From Geodermatophilus sp. (GTDB lineage Bacteria > Actinomycetota > Actinomycetes > Mycobacteriales > Geodermatophilaceae), in contig DASQXT010000457.1 in assembly GCA_035639575.1 (NCBI GenBank), forward strand, positions 1-44,574: DNA of 44,574 nucleotides, in the 5' to 3' direction. The notes under the pieces are model-generated. The model made no database searches. It was not told the origin of the DNA and saw only the letters and a program-made list of their open reading frames with translations. Shown piece by piece: positions 22,045 to 31,077 of the stretch; the stretch's first letter is position 1, and the number at the start of each line of letters is the position of its first letter. Both the position numbers and the translations under genes were made by a program.

Positions 22045-24067
22045 CGTTCACCACTCCCAGTGACTCGATCTGGGCCGTGCGGGAGACCTCCGTGTAGGAG
22101 ATCACCGGCAGGCGGGGGAGGACCTGACGCATCAGGCGGGACAACGCGGCCCGGACCTGGGGCGAGCACACGAGCACGGGGGACAGGCCCAGTCGCTCGG
22201 CGTCGCCCAGCAGGCCGCTGCACCCGTTGACCAGCGCGTCGACCGTGCCGGCGTCCAGGGCGAGGACCTGACCGGCCTCGCTCTGCCGCACGGCCTCGAG
22301 CAGGCGCTGCTCGAACGCCGGGTCGAGGGTCATGACGTGCAGCCGCTCGTCGGGCGTGACGTAGGGGTGGCTGATCGCCGACCCGAGCGCCGAGCGGGCG
22401 GCCTCGACCAGGCCGTCGACGTCGGTGGAGACCTTCGCCCGGACCGAGAGCGCCTCGAAGATGCGCACCAGGTCGCGGATGGAGACGTTCTCCTCGAGCA
22501 GCCCGTGCAGCACCCGCTGGATCTCGCCCAGCGTGAGCAGCGTCGGGGTGAGCTCCTCGACGACGATCGGGTGGGTCCGCTTGACCATCTCGACCAGCAG
22601 CCGCACGTCCTCCCGGCCGAGCAGGTCGGCGGCGTTCTGCCGGACGACCTCGGCCAGGTGCGTGGTGATGACCGAGGAGCGGTCGACGACGGTGGCGCCG
22701 GCCATCTCTGCCTGCCGCTGCAGCTCGACCGGCACCCACTTCGCGGGCAGCCCGAACACCGGCTCGCGGGTGGCCCGGCCGGGCAGCCCGTCGAGCATGT
22801 CGCCGATCGCCAGGACCGTGCCGGCGGGCGAGGTGCCCTTGGCCGCGGGGACGCCGTTGAGCCAGATGACGTACTGCGAGGCGGGCAGGTCGAGGTTGTC
22901 GCGGGTGCGCACCAGCGGGATCACCAGGCCGGTCTCCATGGCGACCTTCCGGCGCAACGCCTTGACGCGGTCGAGCAGGTCGCCGCCGCGGGAGGCGTCC
23001 ACCAGGTCGACCAGGTCGAAGGCCACCTCGAGCTCCAGCGGGTCCACCCGCATCTTCTCGGCGATCGCCTCGGGGGAGTCCGGGCGGGGCTCGTCGTCCA
23101 CGGTGGCCTGCGGGTCGGCGTCCTCGTCGACCTCCGGGGTCTCCTGCATCCGCGAGGCCATGAGCAGGAAGAGCCCACCGATGACGAGGAACGGCAGCTT
23201 GGGCAGGCCGGGGATCAGGCACAGCGCCAGGGCGGCGCCGCCGGCGATCCGCACCGGCTGCTTGAAGCGGCCGAGCTGGGCGATCAGGTCCGAGCCCATG
23301 TCCCCGTCGGAGGCCGAGCGGGTGACGATGATGCCGGTCGCGGTGGACAGCAGCAGCGCGGGGATCTGGGAGACCAGGCCGTCGCCGACGGTCAGCAGCG
23401 AGTAGGTGGAGACGGCGTCGCCGGGGGCCATGCCCATCTGCATCACGCCGATGGCCATCCCGCCGATCAGGTTGATCAGCGTGATGATGATGGCCGCGAT
23501 GGCGTCGCCCTTGACGAACTTCGAGGCACCGTCCATCGAGCCGTAGAAGTCGGCCTCGGCGGTGACCTCGGTGCGCCGCCTGCGTGCCTGCTTCTCGTTG
23601 ATCAGCCCGGCGTTGAGGTCGGCGTCGATCGCCATCTGCTTGCCGGGCATGGCGTCGAGGGTGAAGCGGGCGCCGACCTCGGCGACGCGGCCGGCACCGT
23701 TCGTGATCACGACGAACTGGATGATCGTGAGGATCACGAAGATCACCAGACCGACGATCAGCGAGCCGCCGATCACGAAGTGCCCGAAGGCCTCGATGAC
23801 CTTGCCGGCGTAGCCGTCGGTCAGCACCAGCCGCGTCGAGGAGACGTTGAGCGCCAGCCGGAACAGCGTCGCGATGAGGATCAGCGACGGGAAGACGGCG
23901 AAGTCCAGCGGCCGCCTGATCTGCATGGCGACCAGCAGGATCAGCAGCGACGCGGTGACGTTCAGTCCCAGCAGCAGGTCCAGCACCGCTGCGGGCAGCG
24001 GCACGACCAGCATGAGGACGATGGCCACCACGCCGATGGGGACGGCGGCCTTCGTCAGCTTCTGCAC
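22025..24067 (-). CDS. flhA: Flagellar export gate protein FlhA
   Basis: FRLALNVSSTR, RVAEVGARFTLDAMPGKQMAIDADL and FYGSMDGASKFVKGDA motifs. Start taken as GTG 24067. Confidence 0.95.
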   Translation of the reverse strand: MQKLTKAAVPIGVVAIVLMLVVPLPAAVLDLLLGLNVTASLLILLVAMQIRRPLDFAVFPSLILIATLFRLALNVSSTRLVLTDGYAGKVIEAFGHFVIGGSLIVGLVIFVILTIIQFVVITNGAGRVAEVGARFTLDAMPGKQMAIDADLNAGLINEKQARRRRTEVTAEADFYGSMDGASKFVKGDAIAAIIITLINLIGGMAIGVMQMGMAPGDAVSTYSLLTVGDGLVSQIPALLLSTATGIIVTRSASDGDMGSDLIAQLGRFKQPVRIAGGAALALCLIPGLPKLPFLVIGGLFLLMASRMQETPEVDEDADPQATVDDEPRPDSPEAIAEKMRVDPLELEVAFDLVDLVDASRGGDLLDRVKALRRKVAMETGLVIPLVRTRDNLDLPASQYVIWLNGVPAAKGTSPAGTVLAIGDMLDGLPGRATREPVFGLPAKWVPVELQRQAEMAGATVVDRSSVITTHLAEVVRQNAADLLGREDVRLLVEMVKRTHPIVVEELTPTLLTLGEIQRVLHGLLEENVSIRDLVRIFEALSVRAKVSTDVDGLVEAARSALGSAISHPYVTPDERLHVMTLDPAFEQRLLEAVRQSEAGQVLALDAGTVDALVNGCSGLLGDAERLGLSPVLVCSPQVRAALSRLMRQVLPRLPVISYTEVSRTAQIESLGVVNGAVAVR

Positions 24068-24074
24068 GGACCCC

Positions 24075-24082
24075 TCATCGGC
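24075..24082 (-). promoter_or_regulatory. Possible sigma-28 -10 element 7 nt upstream of the flhA GTG
   Basis: GCCGATGA followed by 7 nt then GTG, the same geometry as at fliM. No recognisable -35 element. Confidence 0.4.
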
Positions 24083-24171
24083 ACAGCGCCCACCCCGGGG
24101 CACCGCCGTCCGCCCCAGCCGTCACGCCCGCCCCAGGTGCCCCCTCAGCGGTGGCAGTGCGACCCGCCGCC

Positions 24172-24226
24172 GACCCTCCTGCAGGGCCCCGCCGCGAGCC
24201 TGCGAGTGGTGGAGGGCAGGAGGGCC
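24172..24226 (+). repeat. REP-like ~55-nt palindrome, copy A (just after the flhB stop)
   Basis: CCCTCCTGC-AGGGC-CCCGCCGC-GAGCCTGCGA-GTGGTGGA-GG-GCAGGAGGG, matching the copies at 32355, 33671 and 43342. Confidence 0.88.
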
Positions 24227-24231
24227 CTCTT

Positions 24232-25365
24232 TCAGCGGCGGCGCCCGGCCCGGGGGAGCCCCTCGACGTCGGGCGCGGCGAACCCGGGCCGGTGGAAGCC
24301 GCCGCGCACGCCGCGCGCCGACAGCTGCATGACGAACGCCAGCACCCGCGCGACCGCGGTGAACAGCTGCGCGGGCACCTCCTGGCCGAGCTCGCAGGAG
24401 GCGTGCAGCGCGCGGGCCAGCGGGACGTCCTGCACCAGCGGCACCCGCGCCTCCGCGGCCCGCTCGCGCAGCTTCGCGGCGACCTCGTCGGCGCCCTTGG
24501 CCACCACCCGTGGGGCGCCGCGGTCGGCCTCGTACTTCAGTGCGACGGCGACGTGGGTCGGGTTGACCAGCAGGACGTCGGCGGTCGCGACCTCGGCCAT
24601 CATCCGGTTGCGCGACATCGCCATCTGGGCGGCCCGCCGCTGCGCCTTCACGTGCGGGTCGCCCTCGGAGTTCTTGTGCTCCTGCTGGATCTCGTACTTG
24701 GTCATCTTCAGCTGCTTCATCGTCTGCCGGCGGACGACGACGTAGTCGGCGACCGCGATCACCAGGCCGGTGACCGCCACCACCCGGATCATCAGGACGG
24801 CGGAGTCGGTGAAGGTGGCGGTGACCGCCGACAGGGGCAGCGCGCCGGACGCCGACACCAGTGTCTGGGCCTTGTCGCTGGTGACCACGACGACGGTGCC
24901 CAGCGCCGCGGTCTTGATGACCGCCTTGGTCGCCTCCCACAGGCCGTGCCCGCCGAACATCCGCTTGATCCCCGGCAGGGGGTTGAGCTTCTTCAGCGTC
25001 GGCTTCACCGGCTTGCTGCTCACGGTGACCCCGCCCTGGGCGGCCGACGCGGCGACGCCGACCACCATCAGGGCCACCGCCATCGGCAGCGCCACGGTGA
25101 CGAAGGTCTCCAGGGCCTGGCCGAGCAGGGCCGTGACCTTCTCGACCTCCGGGTCGTCGACCACCACGCCGACCTGCACGAACATCCGGCCGACCTCGTC
25201 GAAGGCGTTGCCCACCAGGATCGGCAGCAGGAAGCTGGCCGCCGCGGCGCCGGCCCACGTCCCCAGCTCCTGGGTCCGCGGGATCTGACCGTCCTTGCGC
25301 GCCTTCTTGAGGCGCTGCGGAGTGGGGTCCTCTGTCCGTTCCCCACCCGGTCCGTCCTTGGCCAC
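24232..25365 (-). CDS. flhB: Flagellar export protein FlhB
   Basis: ERTEDPTPQRLKKARKDGQ, EGDPHVK and the NPTH autocleavage motif. Confidence 0.95.
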   Translation of the reverse strand: MAKDGPGGERTEDPTPQRLKKARKDGQIPRTQELGTWAGAAAASFLLPILVGNAFDEVGRMFVQVGVVVDDPEVEKVTALLGQALETFVTVALPMAVALMVVGVAASAAQGGVTVSSKPVKPTLKKLNPLPGIKRMFGGHGLWEATKAVIKTAALGTVVVVTSDKAQTLVSASGALPLSAVTATFTDSAVLMIRVVAVTGLVIAVADYVVVRRQTMKQLKMTKYEIQQEHKNSEGDPHVKAQRRAAQMAMSRNRMMAEVATADVLLVNPTHVAVALKYEADRGAPRVVAKGADEVAAKLRERAAEARVPLVQDVPLARALHASCELGQEVPAQLFTAVARVLAFVMQLSARGVRGGFHRPGFAAPDVEGLPRAGRRR

Positions 25366-25442
25366 GACTCACCTCCTCCCGGGACCGGCGGGACCGGCGC
25401 TGTCACGCGCCGGGGACGGCGCCGTCCGCTGACCGCGCCGCA

Positions 25443-26207
25443 TCACCCGCTCCGGAGGGCGACCATCGCCCGGGCCGCGTGCTCGAGCAGCGCGTCCAGG
25501 GCCGGGGGCAGCAGCGGGAAGGTCAGCCCCAGCAGGGCCATCGTCAGCAGGATCTTCACCGGGAAGCCGAAGGAGAAGATGTTGAGCGCGGGCGCGGCGC
25601 GCGACAGCAGCGCGAGCGCCACGTCGGCGAGCAGCAGCACCGCCACCATCGGCCCGGCGATCTGCAGCGCGGCCAGGAACATCATCGACAGCGCGGTGAT
25701 GAGCACCTGGGCCAGCTGCTCGGTGGGCACCGACCCGCCGACCGGCATCCCCTCGTAGGAGGTGGCGAAGCCACGCACGATCAGCAGGTGGCCGCCGCTG
25801 GTGAACAGCAGCGTCGTCGCCAGCAGGTAGTGCAGCCGGCCGACCGAGGAACTGGTCGTCATCGACAGCGGGTCGTAGGCCGGCTGCAGCGAGAAGCCGC
25901 CGGTGAGGTCGATGAGGTCGCCGGCGTACTGGACGGCGGCGAACAGCACCTGGACGACGAAGCCCAGCGCCGCGCCGATGACGACCTCGGTGACCGCGCC
26001 GACCACGAGGAAGCCGGTGGTCGGCTCGGGCAGCCCCGGCGCGATGCGGGTCATCAGCGCGACCGACAGGGCCAGCGCCAGCGCCCCCTTCACCGGGGCC
26101 GGGATGCTCTTGGAGTTGAACGGCGGGGCCAGCAGCACGAAGCCGGTGGCACGCGCGGTGCCGAGCAGCAGCGCGGCCAGGGTGCCCGCCGGGACCTCGA
26201 GGTCCAC
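25443..26207 (-). CDS. fliR: Flagellar export protein FliR
   Basis: Multi-TM protein with AGDLID and LSRAAPALNIFSFGFPVK motifs. Position between fliQ and flhB. Confidence 0.93.
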   Translation of the reverse strand: MDLEVPAGTLAALLLGTARATGFVLLAPPFNSKSIPAPVKGALALALSVALMTRIAPGLPEPTTGFLVVGAVTEVVIGAALGFVVQVLFAAVQYAGDLIDLTGGFSLQPAYDPLSMTTSSSVGRLHYLLATTLLFTSGGHLLIVRGFATSYEGMPVGGSVPTEQLAQVLITALSMMFLAALQIAGPMVAVLLLADVALALLSRAAPALNIFSFGFPVKILLTMALLGLTFPLLPPALDALLEHAARAMVALRSG

Positions 26208-26212
26208 GGCCG

Positions 26213-26488
26213 CTACGTCCGGTCGAGCAGGCGGGGCAGCGAGTCGAACAGGGACTGGGTGAAGCTGACCAGCTCGGAGAGCACCCAGTTGCCCGTGACC
26301 AGCAGCGCGATCGCGACCGCGATGACCTTCGGCACGAAGGACAGGGTCGGCTCCTGGATCTGCGTCGCCGCCTGGAACAGCGAGATGAGGAAGCCCACCA
26401 GCAGGGCGGTCAGCAGCACGGGAGCGGCGACCTTGGCGGCGACCAGCATCGTCTGGACGGCGATCTCGGTGACGTCGGCGTCGCTCAC
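26213..26488 (-). CDS. fliQ: Flagellar export protein FliQ
   Basis: SLFQAATQIQEPTLSFVPK motif. Confidence 0.95.
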   Translation of the reverse strand: MSDADVTEIAVQTMLVAAKVAAPVLLTALLVGFLISLFQAATQIQEPTLSFVPKVIAVAIALLVTGNWVLSELVSFTQSLFDSLPRLLDRT

Positions 26489-26565
26489 GACAACTCCTCG
26501 CTGGCGCTCGTCGTGGCCGTTCGCGGCGCTGCTGTGCTCATCGATGAGCTCGCGAGCTCGCTCAT
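26485..26565 (-). repeat. MIRU-like intercistronic module 1 (fliP/fliQ); mini-ORF MSELASSSMSTAAPRTATTSASEELS
   Basis: 81 nt. Its ATG overlaps the fliP TGA and its TGA overlaps the fliQ GTG. Ends are shared with four other copies. Confidence 0.9.
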
Positions 26566-27398
26566 CCGTAGCTCCCCACCAGCGCCGTCGTGATCAGCGC
26601 CCAGCCGTCGACCACCACGAACAGCAGCAGCTTGAACGGCAGGGAGACGATCACCGGCGGCACCATCATCATGCCCATCGACATGAGCGCGGCGCTGACC
26701 AGCATGTCCAGCACCAGGAACGGGATGAAGACGACCAGGCCGATGATGAACGCGCTCTTGAGCTCGGAGAGCACGAACGCCGGCACCAGCGTCGTCATGC
26801 TGACGTCCGCGGCGTCGGTCGGGGCCTCCTCGCCGGAGAGCCCGACCATCAGCGACAGCTCGTCCTCGCGGGTGTTGTCCAGCAGGAACTCGCGCAGCGG
26901 GACGACGCCGGTGTCGTAGGCCTGCGACACCGTCATGGTGCCGTTGAGGTAGGGCTGGACGGCGGTCTCGTTGATGTCGGAGAACACCGGGCCCATGACG
27001 AACAGCGTGAGGAACAGCGCGATGCCGGTGAGCACGGTGTTCGGCGGCGACGACTGCATGCCCAGCGCGTTCCGGGTCAGCGACAGCACCACGATGATCT
27101 TGGTGAACGACGTGGCCAGCAGCAGCACCGCCGGCGCCACCGAGAGCACGGTGATCGCGAGGATCAGCGTGATCGAGGTGCTGGGGCTGCCGCCGCCGAT
27201 CGAGATGTCCACGCCGCCGTCGACGGCGGGGACCACGGGGGCGGTCGGGGCCGTCGGCGCGACCGGTGGGGTGGGGGCGGCGGACGCCGGGCCGGCCAGC
27301 AGCGCGAGCACGACGCCGAGCAGCGCCGCGAGCAGCAGGACCAGCCCCACGCGCCGGGCGACCGGGACGCCCCGGACGGGAGCGGGGGAGGCGGTCAT
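26562..27398 (-). CDS. fliP: Flagellar export protein FliP
   Basis: TSFTKIIVVLSLTRNALG, PAFVLSELKSAF and LPFKLLLFVVVDGW motifs. TGATG overlap with fliO. Confidence 0.95.
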   Translation of the reverse strand: MTASPAPVRGVPVARRVGLVLLLAALLGVVLALLAGPASAAPTPPVAPTAPTAPVVPAVDGGVDISIGGGSPSTSITLILAITVLSVAPAVLLLATSFTKIIVVLSLTRNALGMQSSPPNTVLTGIALFLTLFVMGPVFSDINETAVQPYLNGTMTVSQAYDTGVVPLREFLLDNTREDELSLMVGLSGEEAPTDAADVSMTTLVPAFVLSELKSAFIIGLVVFIPFLVLDMLVSAALMSMGMMMVPPVIVSLPFKLLLFVVVDGWALITTALVGSYG

Positions 27399-27787
27399 CA
27401 GCGGCGGACCGTCCGCTCCCGCAGCTGGGAGACGAACGACGTCCACCCGTTGCGGTCGAACACCGAGCCGGCGAGAGCGCCGGGGCTGCCGGTCACGGCC
27501 GGCTGCGCGGTGGCCAGCCGGCGCTCGGCGATGGCCTCCTCGACGACGTCGCCGTCCACCTCGGCGAGCAGGGTGACCTGCTCCTCGGTGGAGCCGACGA
27601 CCAGCACGCGGTCGGCGATGCGGACGACGCTGACGCTGCTGGCCCGCCCCATGCGCTGCCGGGCGACGACCTCGATGAGGCCGTTGCCCTGGCCCAGGCC
27701 GCGCTTCTGCGCGAACCGCGCGGCGAACCAGAGGACGGCGCCGATGAAGACCAGCGAGAGCACCAGCCGGACGACCATCCAGGTCAT
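27398..27787 (-). CDS. fliO: Flagellar protein FliO
   Basis: N-terminal TM helix followed by IEVVARQRMG..SVSVVRIADRVLVVG. Position between fliN and fliP. Confidence 0.85.
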   Translation of the reverse strand: MTWMVVRLVLSLVFIGAVLWFAARFAQKRGLGQGNGLIEVVARQRMGRASSVSVVRIADRVLVVGSTEEQVTLLAEVDGDVVEEAIAERRLATAQPAVTGSPGALAGSVFDRNGWTSFVSQLRERTVRR

Positions 27788-28533
27788 GCCTGCTGACCCC
27801 CGATCTCGGTGGCGGCGGCGTCGGTGATGATCTCGCTGATCCGCAGGCCGAAGTCCTCGTCGACGACGACGACCTCGCCGCGGGCGATCAGCGTGCCGTT
27901 GACCAGCAGGTCCGCCGGGGCGCTGGCGGCGCGGTCGAGCTCGACCACCTCGCCGGGGTGCAGGGAGAGCAGCTCGCCGACGGTCATCCGGGTGCGGCCG
28001 ATCTCGACGGTGACCTCCATGGCCACGTGCCGCAGCAGGTCCAGGCTGCCGCGCTGGGTGCGCGCCTGGGGCAGCGTCACCTGCAGCGCGAACACCGCCT
28101 CGACCGTGCCGCCGGCACCCATCAGCGGGACGGCGACGAACATGCCCTTGTCCCGCAGCCCGTCCATCGCGGTGTCCGGGTCCTCGGTGCGCTCGGCGTC
28201 GACGCGCACCCGGCCCAGCGTGGCCGCGGCGGCCTCGAGGGCCGGGCGCAGCGCGGTGGCGACGTCCATCGGGCCGACGGGGGAGTTGGCGAGGGCGTCG
28301 ACGACCTCGGCGGAGAGGACGAGGACGACGTCCCCGCTCACCTCGCCGGCGAGCCGCGCCGCGACCGCGGCGGCGGCCGTGGCCGGCGCCAGGACGGCGT
28401 CCGGGTCGCTGACCGGCGCGCCGGGGACGAGCTCGGCCGTCGCCGGCACCAGCCCGGCCGCGGCCCGGGCGGCGGAGGCCACGACGGCGATCACGGTCTC
28501 GGATGCCTGCGAGTGGTCCACGGTGGCGGTCAT
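27784..28533 (-). CDS. fliN: Flagellar motor switch protein FliN with an N-terminal extension
   Basis: C-terminal SpoA domain: VTVEIGRT...IARGEVVVVDEDFGLRISEI. Confidence 0.9.
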   Translation of the reverse strand: MTATVDHSQASETVIAVVASAARAAAGLVPATAELVPGAPVSDPDAVLAPATAAAAVAARLAGEVSGDVVLVLSAEVVDALANSPVGPMDVATALRPALEAAAATLGRVRVDAERTEDPDTAMDGLRDKGMFVAVPLMGAGGTVEAVFALQVTLPQARTQRGSLDLLRHVAMEVTVEIGRTRMTVGELLSLHPGEVVELDRAASAPADLLVNGTLIARGEVVVVDEDFGLRISEIITDAAATEIGGQQA

Positions 28534-29483
28534 GCGGTGTCCTTCTGGGCTGGGTTCTGGGAGGTGGCCGGGGTGGGGACGATGGCGGCGGCCAGCCGGC
28601 GGCGGTGGTTGCTGGCGATCGCGTAGGCGAAGGTCACGTCGTTGGTGGTGACCTCGAGCGGCGCGTCCTGCGGGTGGCGCAGCAGCAGCACGTCACCGAC
28701 CGCGAGGGACAGCAGGTCCTCGGAGGAGACCTCGAGCGGGGTGAACCGCACGCCGACGTCCACCGGCACGTGGGTGAGCCGCTCGTTGAGGGCCTCGAAG
28801 GCGCGCCGCCGCTTGGCCTGGGCCGACTCCGACAGCTGCGGGGAGGCGGCGTTGTTCAGCGGCACCTGGAAGGAGGAGAACGGCAGCACCAGCGTGGCCT
28901 CGCCGGTGCGCCCGCCGATCCCGATGGTGAACGAGGCCACCATGACGGTGTCCGAGCCGGACGCGGCCTGGGCCAGCTGCGGGTTGTACTCGACCTCGCT
29001 GAGCTCGGGCTGCAGCTCGACGATGTGCGTGAAGGCGCCGGCGAACTCCTGCAGCAGCCGGGTGAGCAGGTGGTTGGTGATCGCCGTCTCCATGACCGTC
29101 ATCGGTCGGTCCGGCTGGTCCGCGGCACCCGAGCCGCCGAGCATGTGGTCGACGGCGGCCATCGCGATGTCGAGCGGGTAGGCGAGCACGCCCTTGCCGG
29201 CCAGCGGCTCGATCGTGAAGGTCGCGATGAAGCACGGGTCGGGCAGCGAGGCGACGTAGTCGTCGTAGGAGTGCTGCTCGATGCCGAGCAGTTCCAGTCG
29301 CGCGCCGGCCCGCAGCATCGTGGTGAGGACCGTCGTCGTCTGCCGGGCGAACGCCTCCTGGGCGATCTGCAGCACCCGTACGTGCTCGCGGGAGAGCTTG
29401 GTGGGGCGGCGGAAGTCGTAGGTGCGGGGTTCGCCGCGGCGGCTGCGCCCGGTGGGGGCGGTTCCGTTCTCGGGGCGGGTCAC
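28530..29483 (-). CDS. fliM: Flagellar motor switch protein FliM
   Basis: YDFRRPTKLSREHVR, VDHMLGG and LAVGDVL motifs. Confidence 0.93.
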   Translation of the reverse strand: MTRPENGTAPTGRSRRGEPRTYDFRRPTKLSREHVRVLQIAQEAFARQTTTVLTTMLRAGARLELLGIEQHSYDDYVASLPDPCFIATFTIEPLAGKGVLAYPLDIAMAAVDHMLGGSGAADQPDRPMTVMETAITNHLLTRLLQEFAGAFTHIVELQPELSEVEYNPQLAQAASGSDTVMVASFTIGIGGRTGEATLVLPFSSFQVPLNNAASPQLSESAQAKRRRAFEALNERLTHVPVDVGVRFTPLEVSSEDLLSLAVGDVLLLRHPQDAPLEVTTNDVTFAYAIASNHRRRLAAAIVPTPATSQNPAQKDTA

Positions 29484-29490
29484 GCCAGGT

Positions 29491-29518
29491 TCATCGGCGG
29501 GGAACGACTCCGCCCTGA
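29491..29518 (-). promoter_or_regulatory. Sigma-28 (FliA/WhiG)-type promoter for fliM, probably leaderless
   Basis: TCAG-N16-GCCGATGA, then 7 nt to the GTG start. Confidence 0.7.
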
Positions 29519-29601
29519 CCGGCGGCGCGGGGCGCTGCCGGTCAGGGCGGACGGGTGTGGCGGGTGGTGCCGGAGGGGCTCCCCGAGGGGCGCCCCGGGG
29601 G

Positions 29602-30081
29602 TCACTGGGTGACGTACTGGGTGAGGTAGACGTGCATGACCATCGGGACGCCGTCCTCGGTGTAGGCCTCGACGATCTTCTGCTCGAGGGCCTCCTTGAG
29701 CGCCTCGCGGGCGCCCACGACGTCGGCCGGCTGGGCCTGCGAGTAGGTCGAGATCAGCAGGTCGAGGGCCTTGGACCCGTCGACGCCGCCGCTGCCGTGC
29801 CCGCCGCCGGCGGCGGCCGCCGTGTACTCCAGCGTGATGCCGATCTTCAGGTAGCCGCCGCCGGCGAGGTTCACCGCGACCGGCTCCAGCGCGGTGTACC
29901 CGCCGTGCTCGGGCTCCGCGGCCGCCTCGGCCTCACCACTGCCGGCGAACAGGAAGAAGTACGCCGCACCGGCGATCGCGAGCACCGCGACCAGGCCGAC
30001 GACCAGCAGCTTCTTCCTGCCGCCACCCGTGGCCTCGTCGTCCTCGGGGGTCTCGTCCTTCTTGCTCTTCTTGTCAGCCAT
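29602..30081 (-). CDS. fliL: Flagellar basal body-associated protein FliL
   Basis: KKLL plus one TM helix, VNLAGGGYLKIG and C-terminal YLTQYVTQ. Confidence 0.88.
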   Translation of the reverse strand: MADKKSKKDETPEDDEATGGGRKKLLVVGLVAVLAIAGAAYFFLFAGSGEAEAAAEPEHGGYTALEPVAVNLAGGGYLKIGITLEYTAAAAGGGHGSGGVDGSKALDLLISTYSQAQPADVVGAREALKEALEQKIVEAYTEDGVPMVMHVYLTQYVTQ

Positions 30082-31000
30082 GGGTGTCCTCCTGGGGGGT
30101 GCCGGCGTCGGTGGTCCCGGCGGCGATGCCGGGGAGCAGTTCCTTGGCCTCGGCGGAGGCGTCGGACAGGACCACCACGTCGACGCGGCGGTTGACGGTG
30201 ATGGAGCTCGGGTCGCTCGCCGGGACCAGCGGCCGGGTGTCGGAGTAGCCGTTGGCGACCATCCGGGTCCCCGGGACGCCGTCGCCGGTCAGGTAGCGGA
30301 CGACCGTGGTCGCGCGGTAGGCCGACAGCTCCCAGTTCGAGGGCCACGGGCCGCCGGGGGTGACCGGCAGGTGGTTGGCGTGGCCCTCGATGCCGAGGTC
30401 GTTGGGCACGTCGAGCAGCGTGGGGGCGATCGCGTCGAGGATCTGCCGGCCCTCGGGCCGCAGCACCGCCTGCTCGGCGTCGAACAGGACCTGGTCGGCC
30501 ACGATGTGCACGACCAGCCCGCGCTCGTCGATCTCGAAGCGCGCCGCACCGGCGTGGCCGGCGGCGGCCAGCGCGGCCTCGATCCGCTCCTGCACGTCGG
30601 AGAGCTCCTGGTACTCGGCCTGCGCCTCGGCCGCGACCTGCTGGGCCTCGGCGAGCGCGGCCTGGGCCGCGGCGGCGTCGACCTCCGCCTCCTGGACCGT
30701 CTGGTCGGGGGCGATCGCCGAGGCGATGTCGATCGCGCCCGGCAGGCCGTCGAGCACCGAGCCCTCCGGCGTCGGCCCGGGCTGCACGGTGATCGGGCCG
30801 CCGAGGCTCTCGGACAGGCCCTGCGCGAGGGCGGCGAACTTCTCCTTGTCGACCTGGCTCATCGCGAAGAGCACCACGAACAGCACGAAGAGCAGCGTCA
30901 GCATGTCCGCGTAGGACACCATCCACCGCTCGTGGTTCTCGTGCTCCTCCTCCTCGTGCTTCTTCGCCCGGCGGCGGCCGCCGTGGCCGCCGGAGCTCAT
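30074..31000 (-). CDS. motB: Flagellar stator protein MotB
   Basis: ERWMVSYADMLTLL with the conserved Asp, and an OmpA-like domain (SNWELSAYRA, NRRVDV). Confidence 0.95.
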   Translation of the reverse strand: MSSGGHGGRRRAKKHEEEEHENHERWMVSYADMLTLLFVLFVVLFAMSQVDKEKFAALAQGLSESLGGPITVQPGPTPEGSVLDGLPGAIDIASAIAPDQTVQEAEVDAAAAQAALAEAQQVAAEAQAEYQELSDVQERIEAALAAAGHAGAARFEIDERGLVVHIVADQVLFDAEQAVLRPEGRQILDAIAPTLLDVPNDLGIEGHANHLPVTPGGPWPSNWELSAYRATTVVRYLTGDGVPGTRMVANGYSDTRPLVPASDPSSITVNRRVDVVVLSDASAEAKELLPGIAAGTTDAGTPQEDTHG

Positions 31001-31077
31001 CGGTCCTCCTCGCCGGCGCTCGTCGGACCGCTTCGCAGGCTCGCCCTACTCACGGGTGAGCTCGCACGCTCGCTCAC
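30997..31077 (-). repeat. MIRU-like intercistronic module 2 (motA/motB); mini-ORF MSERASSPVSRASLRSGPTSAGEEDR
   Basis: 81 nt. GTGA overlaps the motA stop and its TGA overlaps the motB ATG. Confidence 0.9.

Noticed and set aside
29570-29601. Hairpin after fliL as another member of the repeat families
   Set aside because: It lacks the GAG-CNYG-CGA apex and the shared arms. It is probably a simple terminator-like stem.
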